IMG/VR virus record: IMGVR_UViG_3300029290_000003
Coordinates: 1 to 44,284 of that record
Length of the DNA stretch: 44,284 bases
Reading direction: 5' to 3' (one strand)
Source: a virus
Lineage: Duplodnaviria > Caudoviricetes
The notes under the pieces are model-generated. The model was not told the origin of the DNA. It worked only from the letters and a program-made list of their open reading frames with translations, and did not search any database. Shown one piece after another: positions 33,600 to 42,343 of this stretch (position 1 is its first letter; each line of letters begins with the position of its first letter). Made by a program: the position numbers and the translations under genes.

Positions 33600-33880
33600 A
33601 CCGCCTCCTTGTCATGTCCTGTCATGATTAGCTCCTGCTCTACAAGCGTTGCGTAGCCTGCAATGTCGTGCCAGTTGTCCAAGTAATTAGGGTCACCATT
33701 AACGATGCGTGCCATCTTGTTTGTCATCATGACCAAGGCGAAATGCTGCGAGTCTGATAATGATTCGTTATAGTTCGGAGTAGCTTGAAGTAAGCGCATC
33801 AAGTCATTACTCAACTGAGCAACATCTTTAAACTCCCCATACCGCTCACCGCGTTGTTGCAATGTGTTTTGAATACTCAT
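33596..33880 (-). CDS. DUF6378-like protein
   Basis: TLQQRGERYGEF...KMARIVNGDP...DNWHDIAGYATL. Confidence 0.75.
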   Translation of the reverse strand: MSIQNTLQQRGERYGEFKDVAQLSNDLMRLLQATPNYNESLSDSQHFALVMMTNKMARIVNGDPNYLDNWHDIAGYATLVEQELIMTGHDKEAV

Positions 33881-34302
33881 GCCACTAACTCCTTAAGAAC
33901 CATGATCTCTTTCCCTTTCATCAGGCGCTTATACAAGTTCAAAGTGCACTTGCGAGTACTTCTCATGCTTGAGATATGAGAAGGCGAAACTTTTGTTAGC
34001 TTTCCCAATTGTTGTTGTCTTCCATGTACCTTTGAAATCCAATCAACCAAACCGTCCAAACAATCTTTATTTACGAATGTGTGTTTAAGTGATGGATCAA
34101 CTTCCAGTTCAAACAACTCATCGTTAAGCATTTCCATTTCCATTTCTGTTTTAAGCGCACGAATGATTTCATTTTTAAGCTGATGTTCTGTTCCATTCTC
34201 AAAAGCATCACGAACAGCCTTAACAACACACATCTCGTAAGGTGGGCGATTCTTTAACATCGCTATCTTGTTCAAGTTGTTTCTTACTTCAGTTAGAGTC
34301 AT
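33877..34302 (-). CDS. hypothetical protein with a C-terminal HTH-like region
   Basis: QQQLGKLTKVSPSHISSM. Confidence 0.65.
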   Translation of the reverse strand: MTLTEVRNNLNKIAMLKNRPPYEMCVVKAVRDAFENGTEHQLKNEIIRALKTEMEMEMLNDELFELEVDPSLKHTFVNKDCLDGLVDWISKVHGRQQQLGKLTKVSPSHISSMRSTRKCTLNLYKRLMKGKEIMVLKELVA

Positions 34303-34541
34303 ATCGCCACCCAAAATAGTTGTTTTGCTTTGTCTGTTGGTTTGAGTCCCATTGGTCGAGCATTATCAGATTGCAAATAACCGGCTTCTCTTAATTGATG
34401 AGCGAAGCGTTTTGATTTTGAATAATTACAACCGATCCATTCTTGAATATCCGCGATTGAAGTCTTGCCGCGCTTTTCAATTGAGTTCTTTAAAACCAAA
34501 GCCATTTTTTCGAATTGTTCCACTGTGCTGTGTTGTTTCAC
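34299..34541 (-). CDS. winged-helix DNA-binding protein
   Basis: SIADIQEWIGCNYSKSKRFAHQLREAGYL. Confidence 0.7.
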   Translation of the reverse strand: MKQHSTVEQFEKMALVLKNSIEKRGKTSIADIQEWIGCNYSKSKRFAHQLREAGYLQSDNARPMGLKPTDKAKQLFWVAI

Positions 34542-35911
34542 GCTGCACCTCTCTCTTCCGTTGACTGGTAATACTCAGGGCTTAAGTCAGCGAAAGTTGC
34601 ACGTGACAAGTCAGTAGCTAATCGAACTGTGCCAATCGAGCCATTACGAGCTTTACCAATGATGATTTCTGCTGTGCCCGCTTCTTTAGAGTCCTTGTTG
34701 TAGACTTCATCGCGGTAAATAAACATAATGATGTCTGCGTCTTGCTCTAAGTCGCCTGATTCTTTTAGATCAGCGTTTACAGGACGTTTGTTTGGCCGTG
34801 TTTCCAAGTTACGGTTAAGCTGAGCTAATGCCACCACAGGACAATCAAAGTCGCCTGCCATGCGTTTAAGCTCATTTGAGATTTCCCCGATGTCCTTATC
34901 TGAACGGCCAAAGTTGTTTTTGGTGAGCGGTGTTACCTTTTGGATGTAATCAACAAAGATGGCACCAAGCTTTCCGTATTTAGCAACAACCTTCTTCGCT
35001 GATCTGCGGATAGTTGCCACAGTTGCGCGGTTATTGTCGTCGATCATTAAAGGCGCTTTCTCAAGTACAAGAGCAGCGCTATTCACCTTCTGCGTATCGT
35101 CGCTATTTGGGTCAATATGGCCTGTTAATACTTTGCGTAGCTCTACACCACCAATGCCGCTAATTAAGCGCTGTGCGATTTGTCTGCCCTTCATTTCGAT
35201 TGATATGAAGAGAACCGGCAAAGACTGGTTGATCATCATGTCTGCTGCGATGTTTTGCGCAAACGTTGTTTTACCCATAGAAGGACGTGCGCCGATGATG
35301 ACTAGATCACCTTTGCTGATTTCACCTAGTTTGTTATCTAATGCAGTAAAGCCAGTCTTGATACCGCCTTCATAGGGCATTTGGTTATGAATTGCCATAT
35401 GACGATCAAGGAACTCTTTCACAGCTTCTTTAGAAAACTCATGAGCATGTTTAAGCTTTTCCTCACCTGCTCCAAAATCTAAGTTCTGAACAAGTGATTG
35501 CGCTTTGTTCACGGCAGATTCAGCAGTGTGCGTTGCCATGTCGTTTGCAATTGAGTTAATCAACTTGCTAGTCTCTTGAAGTTTTCTGCGAGTAGAGAAA
35601 TCCTTAAGCTTTTTGATGTGTGTTACTAACAAACTCACATTGCTTGCACGGTTCATGAGGTTCACAAGGAACTGTTCATCGATTTGGTTTGCTTCAAGCG
35701 GATTGGCTTTAATCAACTCGAATACAGTCACCTCATCAAATGCTTCACCCTTGTTCAATTGGCTCTTGATGTGTGCAAAGATGATCTGGTGTTGAGATGC
35801 ATAGAAATCTTGAGAATCGATCTGAGAGATAAACTCATCTGCTGCTTGATCGATTGTCATGAATGTAGACAAGATGCTTTGCTCAACAGGGATAGAAAAT
35901 AATTCAATCAT
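34538..35911 (-). CDS. dnaB: replicative DNA helicase, DnaB family
   Basis: GARPSMGKT, FVDYIQ, LAQLNR and DLKESGDLEQDAD. Confidence 0.96.
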   Translation of the reverse strand: MIELFSIPVEQSILSTFMTIDQAADEFISQIDSQDFYASQHQIIFAHIKSQLNKGEAFDEVTVFELIKANPLEANQIDEQFLVNLMNRASNVSLLVTHIKKLKDFSTRRKLQETSKLINSIANDMATHTAESAVNKAQSLVQNLDFGAGEEKLKHAHEFSKEAVKEFLDRHMAIHNQMPYEGGIKTGFTALDNKLGEISKGDLVIIGARPSMGKTTFAQNIAADMMINQSLPVLFISIEMKGRQIAQRLISGIGGVELRKVLTGHIDPNSDDTQKVNSAALVLEKAPLMIDDNNRATVATIRRSAKKVVAKYGKLGAIFVDYIQKVTPLTKNNFGRSDKDIGEISNELKRMAGDFDCPVVALAQLNRNLETRPNKRPVNADLKESGDLEQDADIIMFIYRDEVYNKDSKEAGTAEIIIGKARNGSIGTVRLATDLSRATFADLSPEYYQSTEERGAA

Positions 35912-36675
35912 TGATCCATCCCCTTAAATTTCTTAGCAACACCTTTGAATTGTGATACTGGTTGTTCAGAGGTGATCTGCTGTGTTTGCTCTTGGTACTC
36001 AGAAAGATTTACGTTTGCTAACCATGAAGCATCAAAACCTTTCCAGTCACGCTCAATGCAAATTCTTAATACAGTGTTGATATCAAGATTCGATTTAGCG
36101 AGTTGGTTTTCAAAACGGCTAAAGCTAGTTTGGTTGTTAGATGCTTTCTTAGTCTTGCGAACAGCTAACCAGTCGCTAACTAACTGATCACTTGCACCTA
36201 GTTTTTTAAGTGAGTCAACAAATGAAAATTTAGTCTTTGAATCACTAATTACATTTGTTTTTGTATTAGTTGTTTTTATATTGTTTTTGTGTGTCGGTAT
36301 TTCCGACAAGTTGCTATCTGAAATATCGACAGCAGTGTCGGTATTTCCGACAGCGGAATTTTCGCTAGCGGTATTTCCGACAGCAATAATATTGTCAGTT
36401 AAGGTGTATTTTGATGGGCGATTTTGGAAAGCAATTTTCTCAACAATACCCATTGAAATAAGTTGCTCAACACCACCTAAAACAGCGTCTTTCTTATAGC
36501 CAGTGCCTTCCACAAGTTGAGAAATGCTAATGTTGTCATTTGACTTGTTCCAGCCACGTGTTTTACGAACAATAAATAAATAACATGGTAGAGCTGCACC
36601 TTTCATTTTTGCCATATAACCCTTATCAATAAGGTCATTCGGCATCATGAATGCATTAGAAATAAAATTAGACAT
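35908..36675 (-). CDS. phage replication initiator (lambda O-like)
   Basis: IVRKTRGWNK..D.ISISQL wHTH; internal iterons; start corrected to MSNFISNAF. Confidence 0.9.
   Translation of the reverse strand: MSNFISNAFMMPNDLIDKGYMAKMKGAALPCYLFIVRKTRGWNKSNDNISISQLVEGTGYKKDAVLGGVEQLISMGIVEKIAFQNRPSKYTLTDNIIAVGNTASENSAVGNTDTAVDISDSNLSEIPTHKNNIKTTNTKTNVISDSKTKFSFVDSLKKLGASDQLVSDWLAVRKTKKASNNQTSFSRFENQLAKSNLDINTVLRICIERDWKGFDASWLANVNLSEYQEQTQQITSEQPVSQFKGVAKKFKGMDQ
36240..36384. repeat. replication origin: iterons plus AT-rich tract inside the initiator gene
   Basis: (GTGT)CGGTATTTCCGACA at 36291, 36335 and 36369, with degenerate copies between; AT-rich 36240-36290. Confidence 0.85.
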
Positions 36676-36991
36676 AGTCCAACTCCACAATTGAAGGTTG
36701 ATAAATCTCACTCTTCCGCGGCTTAAGCTTTTTGTTGTATTTCGGCTTGAACTTCTGAATATAAAAATACTCAACTGCCAATACATGATCTGGACAGCAA
36801 TCAATAACTGCATAGCTATCAAAAAGCTTGTCAGAGTTAAGATGATTTTTTATGCGAAGCTGAACATTCTCAGATGAGCCAACATAGACAACTTCAAAGT
36901 CATACAGCAGAAAGTAAACTTGTGGATTGAACTCACACACAGTTACTGCCATTTCATTGATTTGTGATTTGGTTAAGTAAATATTGTTCAT
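36668..36991 (-). CDS. small GIY-YIG nuclease-family protein
   Basis: VYFL.....VVYVGSSENVQLRIKNH...E..YI.KFKPKYN. Confidence 0.82.
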   Translation of the reverse strand: MNNIYLTKSQINEMAVTVCEFNPQVYFLLYDFEVVYVGSSENVQLRIKNHLNSDKLFDSYAVIDCCPDHVLAVEYFYIQKFKPKYNKKLKPRKSEIYQPSIVELDYV

Positions 36992-37149
36992 CAAACACCC
37001 CACAAAGCATAATTACCGAGTTCAGCTTTAGCCTTAGCTACAGCAGACGCAGTTATGAGTGAAGGTTGACGTACATAAGCCTCAACCGCTTTTTGAAACA
37101 AACTTATCTTTTGATTTAGTTCTGTTTCTGCTAATATTGAATAGTTCAT
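36991..37149 (-). CDS. hypothetical protein
   Basis: GGAG RBS, MNYSILAE start. Confidence 0.7.
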   Translation of the reverse strand: MNYSILAETELNQKISLFQKAVEAYVRQPSLITASAVAKAKAELGNYALWGV

Positions 37150-37200
37150 TTGGTTCGCTCCGATTGAACATTGAGCCTGATCCACGAAATCAGGCTTTTT
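37143..37200 (+). ncRNA. candidate OOP-like antisense RNA
   Basis: TGCTAATAT extended -10 (37129-37137); + strand terminator GAGCCTGAT-CCACGAA-ATCAGGCTT-TTTT. Confidence 0.5.
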
Positions 37201-37520
37201 TATTTGAATAAAATCCGCATGTACTCTGGTGAAGTAAACGCTTGTGCCAACATCACACGTGTTGCCTCAGCAATTTGAGGTGAGCAATACACATCACTTT
37301 CAGGCACAACCTTCAAACCAACGGCTGTCAACAAAAAGCTAATAAACTCAATCTCAGTCCATCCATTTGATTTCTTTTCATTTTTCATCCGTGAAAGCAT
37401 GCTTGCATCCACATTTATCATTTCTGCCACGTGTCTTTGGTTGCTTGCATTCAGTGCTTGCAATATGAGCGATTCGTTATTGCTAGCGCTTGCAGGCAAT
37501 TCATTTGATACTTTGCTCAT
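37200..37520 (-). CDS. CII-like transcriptional activator
   Basis: follows cro; QRHVAEMINVDASMLSRMK HTH and LKVVP. Confidence 0.8.
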   Translation of the reverse strand: MSKVSNELPASASNNESLILQALNASNQRHVAEMINVDASMLSRMKNEKKSNGWTEIEFISFLLTAVGLKVVPESDVYCSPQIAEATRVMLAQAFTSPEYMRILFK

Positions 37521-37528
37521 GGTGATTC

Positions 37529-37717
37529 CTATGCAGCGTTATGACTTTGAATATTTGGGTTTAAAAAAATGTGTGGGTACTGCAATTTGATCTTTGCGGG
37601 TATTCCACGCTTCATCCAGTTCTGGACACGTTGCTTATCTTTGAAGCCAAGCAGCTCTGCCACTTTTGTAGAGCCACCAAGCTTCAAGAGAATTTCTTTG
37701 TCAGCTTCAATTGACAT
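37529..37717 (-). CDS. cro: Cro-like repressor
   Basis: LGGSTKVAELLG....RVQNWMKRGIP; divergent from cI. Confidence 0.85.
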   Translation of the reverse strand: MSIEADKEILLKLGGSTKVAELLGFKDKQRVQNWMKRGIPAKIKLQYPHIFLNPNIQSHNAA

Positions 37718-37729
37718 GGTCGCCTCAAG

Positions 37730-37802
37730 TAAACATTTGTTTAGTACATAGTAAACATCGTGTTTCCTATTGTCAAATCATTTGTTTAACACAAAGTGTT
37801 TA
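37730..37802. promoter_or_regulatory. OR operators and PR promoter
   Basis: AAACA-N2/3-TGTTT palindromes at 37731 and 37753, variants at about 37776 and 37788; minus-strand TTGACA(37776-37771)-N17-TACTAT(37753-37748). Confidence 0.85.
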
Positions 37803-37823
37803 CTTTTTTGGATAATGTGTTTA

Positions 37824-38543
37824 ATGAAAACCTTGGATACTGTGATGAAAGATGAAAAGCCAACCCACCCAACGGTGCTTAGACTTTTAGAAGCAAGCGG
37901 AATGACACAAGAAGAAACTGCCAAGGCTATTGACGAGTTCCCACAGACAATTACAAACTGGAAGAAAAGAGGTGTATCAAAGCAAGGTGCACTTAAGGCA
38001 GCAGCTATTTTTGGTGTTGCAGCAAACTGGATTCTTACGGGGGAAGGAAATAAATCACAAGGAAATGTAACTAAAGTAGTAGAGTGGGATTCGGACACTC
38101 CAGTAGATAATGACGAGGTGGAAATACCTTTTTATAAAGAGGTATTAGTGTCATGTGGATCGGGGTCTTTAGCTGAAATGGTCGGCAATGAAACAAGAAA
38201 ATTAAGATTAAGTAAGGCGACCTTAAGGCAATATGGTGTTGAAGCTTCAAACGCTTATGCGCTAACGGCATTTGGAAACTCAATGTCTCCTGTTATCAAC
38301 AACGGTGCTACCGTATATGTTGATGTAGGTAGAACAAATATTGTTGACGGTAAAATTTATGCAATTAACCACGGGGGTTTGTTTAAATTTAAGTATTTGT
38401 ACAGAATGCCAAAAGGTGGTGTTCGTATAGTTAGCGAAAACAAAGATGAATATCCAGAGGAAATACTCACAGCTGAAGATATTCTTGAGCAAGAGTTCTG
38501 TGTAGTTGCTTACGCATTTAACGTACAAAACTCACTTCCGTAA
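37824..38543 (+). CDS. cI: CI repressor (HTH + S24 peptidase)
   Basis: HTH TQEETAK...TITNWKKRG; SCGSG cleavage region, GNSMSP and FKYL; start is 37824 or 37845. Confidence 0.93.
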   Translation: MKTLDTVMKDEKPTHPTVLRLLEASGMTQEETAKAIDEFPQTITNWKKRGVSKQGALKAAAIFGVAANWILTGEGNKSQGNVTKVVEWDSDTPVDNDEVEIPFYKEVLVSCGSGSLAEMVGNETRKLRLSKATLRQYGVEASNAYALTAFGNSMSPVINNGATVYVDVGRTNIVDGKIYAINHGGLFKFKYLYRMPKGGVRIVSENKDEYPEEILTAEDILEQEFCVVAYAFNVQNSLP

Positions 38544-38549
38544 ACAAAT

Positions 38550-38677
38550 AAACATCATGTTTCAAAAAGGCCGCTTTATGCGGTCTTTTTTTATGTCTAT
38601 GTTTAGAAACAAGAAAACAAAATAATAAACATTTGTTTGCTTTTCTTCTTGACTACAGTAAACACCACGTTTACTAT
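38550..38677 (+). promoter_or_regulatory. OL operators and PL promoter
   Basis: AAACATCATGTTT (38550), TAAACATTTGTTT (38626), GTAAACACCACGTTTAC (38658); TTGACT(38649)-N17-TACTAT(38672). Confidence 0.85.
38565..38592 (+). terminator. terminator after cI
   Basis: AAGGCCGC-TTTAT-GCGGTCTT plus U tract. Confidence 0.8.
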
Positions 38678-38693
38678 TATCTCACCAACCAAT

Positions 38694-38741
38694 AAAAAAG
38701 CCCCTAGCTTTCGACGGACAGGGACTTTTACTCAATGAGTG
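38694..38741 (-). ncRNA. candidate sar-like antisense RNA to the PL leader
   Basis: minus-strand TTGTAC(38775)-N17-CATACT(38752) followed by a hairpin and U tract. Confidence 0.5.
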
Positions 38742-38749
38742 AGATAAGT

Positions 38750-38941
38750 ATGAATCAAAGAATTGAAAAGTACAAGTTAAGCCAAGCCTTTCGGGATGGC
38801 TCGAAAGCTTTTGTAGCTTTCTGGGTTATCACCTTCATTGTATTTACCTTCTTACGTGGCTGTGCCGACGAGCAACACGTCAACGAACTCAAAGCAAAAC
38901 AGAACATGTATGTCCGCGTTCAGGTTGAGGGGGTGAAGTGA
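38750..38941 (+). CDS. first early gene, single-TM protein
   Basis: ORF after PL; hydrophobic helix. Confidence 0.7.
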   Translation: MNQRIEKYKLSQAFRDGSKAFVAFWVITFIVFTFLRGCADEQHVNELKAKQNMYVRVQVEGVK

Positions 38942-39171
38942 TGTCTATTTATGACTGGACAAATGTCCCTAAAGAAGTCAACTGGATAGCTACTGATGCC
39001 AATGGACGTAAGTATGGCTATGTAGATGAGCCTATTTCAATGAATCTTGCTAATTGCTGGCATTCCTTTGGCAAGTGCGCTCCATTAGGTTTTATGGATA
39101 CAGATCTAAACGGCTGTGCAATTTGGGACCAAACATTAGAAAAACGCCCAGAGGAGCCCTCTCATGGATAA
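38938..39171 (+). CDS. hypothetical protein (YDW..P...IAT...W..LE.RP family)
   Basis: coupled ORF; paralog of 40333..40647. Confidence 0.75.
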   Translation: MMSIYDWTNVPKEVNWIATDANGRKYGYVDEPISMNLANCWHSFGKCAPLGFMDTDLNGCAIWDQTLEKRPEEPSHG

Positions 39172-39616
39172 CTACAAAATCAAAGTTAAAGATGAAGGGC
39201 TAGAGCCTATTACTAAAGACCCCGCCTTGATTAGCGGTGCGGAGGCGAAGCTTGCATGGGCTAATGGTAAGGATGTTCAAACTGCAACTTTACCGATTCT
39301 TCATGAACAAAGCTGCTGGATGAATCTTCCAGGAGGCTTTGGGCTTGATGTATTTGATGAAAGCCCAGATCGAGTTTTCCGCCTCAAACCCCAAACCATA
39401 AAGCTTGAGCTTGAGCTGCCGAAGCCTTTTGAGCCGAAGGATGGTGATGAGTGCTTCATTTTTGATAGCGAGCAAGAAGATGGATTCTATCGTTTTATCT
39501 ATAGAGAAAATTCAGGCTTCCACGAAAACTTAATCCAGTTTGGCGCCTATCGCTCCGAAGCAGAAGTAAAGCAAGTCGTAGAGCAACTCAGAAAGATACG
39601 AGGTACTAACTCATGA
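39164..39616 (+). CDS. hypothetical protein
   Basis: GAGGAG RBS; coupled. Confidence 0.75.
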   Translation: MDNYKIKVKDEGLEPITKDPALISGAEAKLAWANGKDVQTATLPILHEQSCWMNLPGGFGLDVFDESPDRVFRLKPQTIKLELELPKPFEPKDGDECFIFDSEQEDGFYRFIYRENSGFHENLIQFGAYRSEAEVKQVVEQLRKIRGTNS

Positions 39617-39996
39617 ATATGTTAGTTGGTAAGCCAGAGCTATTGTGCCCTTCTTTCCCGATGCTTCAAGTATCTGGTGAATTTGAAGTTAAGGACAACA
39701 TCGTCTCATTTGAACTGGAAAGCGGTTGCGCAACTTTGAAATGCAAGATTGTTGCTGATGTTACTAAGCAAGTTCGTGTCGTAGGTTCTCTAATGAATCC
39801 AGAGGACAGCAAGGACCAGTTTTACAACCAACTCGTAGTAGATGACCGAACACATGTTGAAGTGGTTGGTACTGAATATGTAGAGACTCCTATCGGCCTT
39901 CTATTTCAACTTACATCAACACAAGTGGCTGACTTAAACAAGCAGCTTGAGTACTACGCCGAAGAATTGGCAGATGCAGAGTTGAGAGGTGGGTGA
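39613..39996 (+). CDS. hypothetical protein
   Basis: ATGA-coupled ORF. Confidence 0.75.
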   Translation: MNMLVGKPELLCPSFPMLQVSGEFEVKDNIVSFELESGCATLKCKIVADVTKQVRVVGSLMNPEDSKDQFYNQLVVDDRTHVEVVGTEYVETPIGLLFQLTSTQVADLNKQLEYYAEELADAELRGG

Positions 39997-40343
39997 TGGA
40001 CGTTAAAAGCGTACACGCACACCACATTCCAGCAAACAACGGTGTAGATCCAATTGACGTATTCGTTGTGTGGTATGGCGAACAAGCATTTCAGGTCACT
40101 ATCCGTTGTTGGGATTGTGCTTGGACTGCTTACCGTGGAAGTTGTGGCTTCAAGACTATTGAAGAGTACTTCTTGGAACAGTGGTACAGCCAAGAATACC
40201 ATGAACATGTAGTTCAACTCTTCACTACCACCTCAAGACATACAACCCAAAGAGAAGAAAAGTGGTTGTTCAAAGTTGTCAGAAGTATGTGCCAGCACTT
40301 CAAAAAGTTAGCAGAAAAGAATGAGGTGGTTGATGGAAACTAA
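39993..40343 (+). CDS. hypothetical protein
   Basis: coupled ORF. Confidence 0.75.
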   Translation: MMDVKSVHAHHIPANNGVDPIDVFVVWYGEQAFQVTIRCWDCAWTAYRGSCGFKTIEEYFLEQWYSQEYHEHVVQLFTTTSRHTTQREEKWLFKVVRSMCQHFKKLAEKNEVVDGN

Positions 40344-40647
40344 ATACGATTGGTCGTTAGCACCCGCTGATGTTTCTTTAATAGCAACCCAAAGAGATAA
40401 AACCGTGATTGTCTTCAAAGGGAGTATTACCAATTCAGATGTTTGTGCTTATGACGGGTTCTTAGAAGGGTACTGGGGCGGGAAGGATGAATTTTGCAGG
40501 AATAGCAAAAATTGGTCTGTAGAAGTCGCTTGGGCTGATTCGCTTTTACTTATGAACGGTCAATTTTTAGGTAATCCATATGGAATCACCCCTTATGAAG
40601 GCGATTGGAAAGACTCACTCGAACAACGGCCAGCAGAAAAGAATTAG
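40333..40647 (+). CDS. hypothetical protein, paralog of 38938..39171
   Basis: GAGG RBS; KYDWSLAP...IAT...WKDSLEQRP. Confidence 0.75.
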   Translation: METKYDWSLAPADVSLIATQRDKTVIVFKGSITNSDVCAYDGFLEGYWGGKDEFCRNSKNWSVEVAWADSLLLMNGQFLGNPYGITPYEGDWKDSLEQRPAEKN

Positions 40648-40656
40648 GAGAAGATT

Positions 40657-41577
40657 ATGAATGCGCCAGTTAAAACAGAAAATCAGGTTGCTGCTCCTAA
40701 AGATATTAAGCAGTACGTGAGTGATTCAAAGATCCGTCAAAAGTTTGAGGAAATCTTAGGCAAGAAAACTCAAGGTTTCTTGGCATCAGTGATGCAAGTT
40801 GCTAATCAACCACACCTTAAAAATGCAGTGCCTGCAACTGTGGTAAATGCAGCAATGATGGCAGCAACTTTAGATTTGCCAATCAATAGCAACTTAGGCT
40901 TTGCTTACATTGTGCCTTACAAACGCAAGTTTAAAGATGAGCAAGGCAGATGGCAGGAAAGCAATGAAGCTCAGTTCCAAATGGGATACAAAGGATTTAT
41001 TCAATTGGCTCAGCGCTCTGGTCAGTTCGCACGTATTGCAGCAACGCCAGTTTATGAGGGGCAATTAATTTCAGCTAACCCCCTGCTTGGTTATGAGTTC
41101 GATTGGACTATTCCAAACTCAGGTGAGGCAATTGGTTATGTGGCTTTCTTCAAATTATTAAATGGCTTCACTGCTGAGCTATACATGAGTAAAGCAGATG
41201 TATTGAAGCATGCAGGCAAGTACAGCCAATCATTCAAATATGGTGGTGTTTGGAAAGATAACTTTGAAGCAATGGCATTGAAAACAGTTACAAAGCTTTT
41301 GTTATCAAAGCAAGCGCCTCTTTCAATTGAAATGCAAACTGCACAATTAGCTGATCAATCAATTGTTCATGATGTGGCTACAAATGACTTTGAATACATT
41401 GATCATCAAGATTCTGTTGCTGAGTTGGAAACTCCTACGCAGACCTTAGACCAACAACAGTTTTCACAATTAATGGCTTCAATCCAAGAAGGGAAAATGG
41501 ATAAGGCTTATGTATTGAGTGGTGATGCAGGTTATGTCCTCACAACAGAACAGCAACAACAGTTAGCAGGTGCATGA
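40657..41577 (+). CDS. recT: RecT-family single-strand annealing recombinase
   Basis: LGFAYIVPY...AQFQMGYKGFIQLAQRSGQ...W...FEAMALKTV. Confidence 0.93.
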   Translation: MNAPVKTENQVAAPKDIKQYVSDSKIRQKFEEILGKKTQGFLASVMQVANQPHLKNAVPATVVNAAMMAATLDLPINSNLGFAYIVPYKRKFKDEQGRWQESNEAQFQMGYKGFIQLAQRSGQFARIAATPVYEGQLISANPLLGYEFDWTIPNSGEAIGYVAFFKLLNGFTAELYMSKADVLKHAGKYSQSFKYGGVWKDNFEAMALKTVTKLLLSKQAPLSIEMQTAQLADQSIVHDVATNDFEYIDHQDSVAELETPTQTLDQQQFSQLMASIQEGKMDKAYVLSGDAGYVLTTEQQQQLAGA

Positions 41578-42343
41578 AATGTTAAAGATACATCCTCATG
41601 CATTGCATGAAATTATGGGTGAGCCGAGCAAGATTGATCCTGCTCTCATTACCCCTGATGTTGAAGTGATTTTGACTCGCAAAAAGCGCACTGATGCAGA
41701 GAAAGCTTTAATTCAGGAGCTTAAAGATCACACACTATCAGAAGGAGCAAAGTCTGCAGTTGAGCGTTGGGTAGTTGAACAACAGTATGGTTTTAAAGAC
41801 TTTACTGGCAACAAGTACACAGAGAAAGGCTTAACTCTTGAAGACCACGCAATTAAAGCAGTTCAGATGAATAGCCTTTTCACAATGGGTCAGTTCATTG
41901 GAATGCAGAAGAATGAAAAGACTCTTGAAGATGAGTTTTTGATAGGTACGCCCGATATTATTAATGATGATCATGGCCGTGACACTAAGTGCTCATGGTC
42001 TGGTGTACAGCATCCGTTCACTCTAAGACGTGCTGAGAAAAAGACTAAGGAAAATGGTTATGACTGGCAGATGCGCGCGTATATGCGTCTGGCTAACAAA
42101 CCTAAGTGGGCAGTAGATTTCGTTCTACTCCCTACTCCTGAGAACTTGATCTATTCAGAAGATCAACGCGAGCAACAAGTGGTTTTAGTAAATCAAATTC
42201 CACTTAATCAGCGCATAACAACCGTTTGGATTGAACGCGATTTCAATCTAGAAAAATTAATGTTGGTCAAATGCTCTTTAGCTCAAGCATATGCACAAAC
42301 AGTTATTGCAGATCTAAATGGTAATAAGGGAGCAGCAGCATGA
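41570..42343 (+). CDS. PD-(D/E)XK exonuclease (lambda-exo/YqaJ-like partner of RecT)
   Basis: TEKG..LE...GTPD...DTKCSW...YDWQMRAYM. Confidence 0.85.
   Translation: MHEMLKIHPHALHEIMGEPSKIDPALITPDVEVILTRKKRTDAEKALIQELKDHTLSEGAKSAVERWVVEQQYGFKDFTGNKYTEKGLTLEDHAIKAVQMNSLFTMGQFIGMQKNEKTLEDEFLIGTPDIINDDHGRDTKCSWSGVQHPFTLRRAEKKTKENGYDWQMRAYMRLANKPKWAVDFVLLPTPENLIYSEDQREQQVVLVNQIPLNQRITTVWIERDFNLEKLMLVKCSLAQAYAQTVIADLNGNKGAAA

Noticed and set aside
36291-36384. CRISPR-like palindromic repeats
   Set aside because: Short, irregularly spaced, inside the initiator CDS and no cas genes; these are iterons
36676-36822. N-terminal extension of the initiator in the ORF track
   Set aside because: Overlaps the GIY-YIG gene; a GGAG RBS supports the start at 36675
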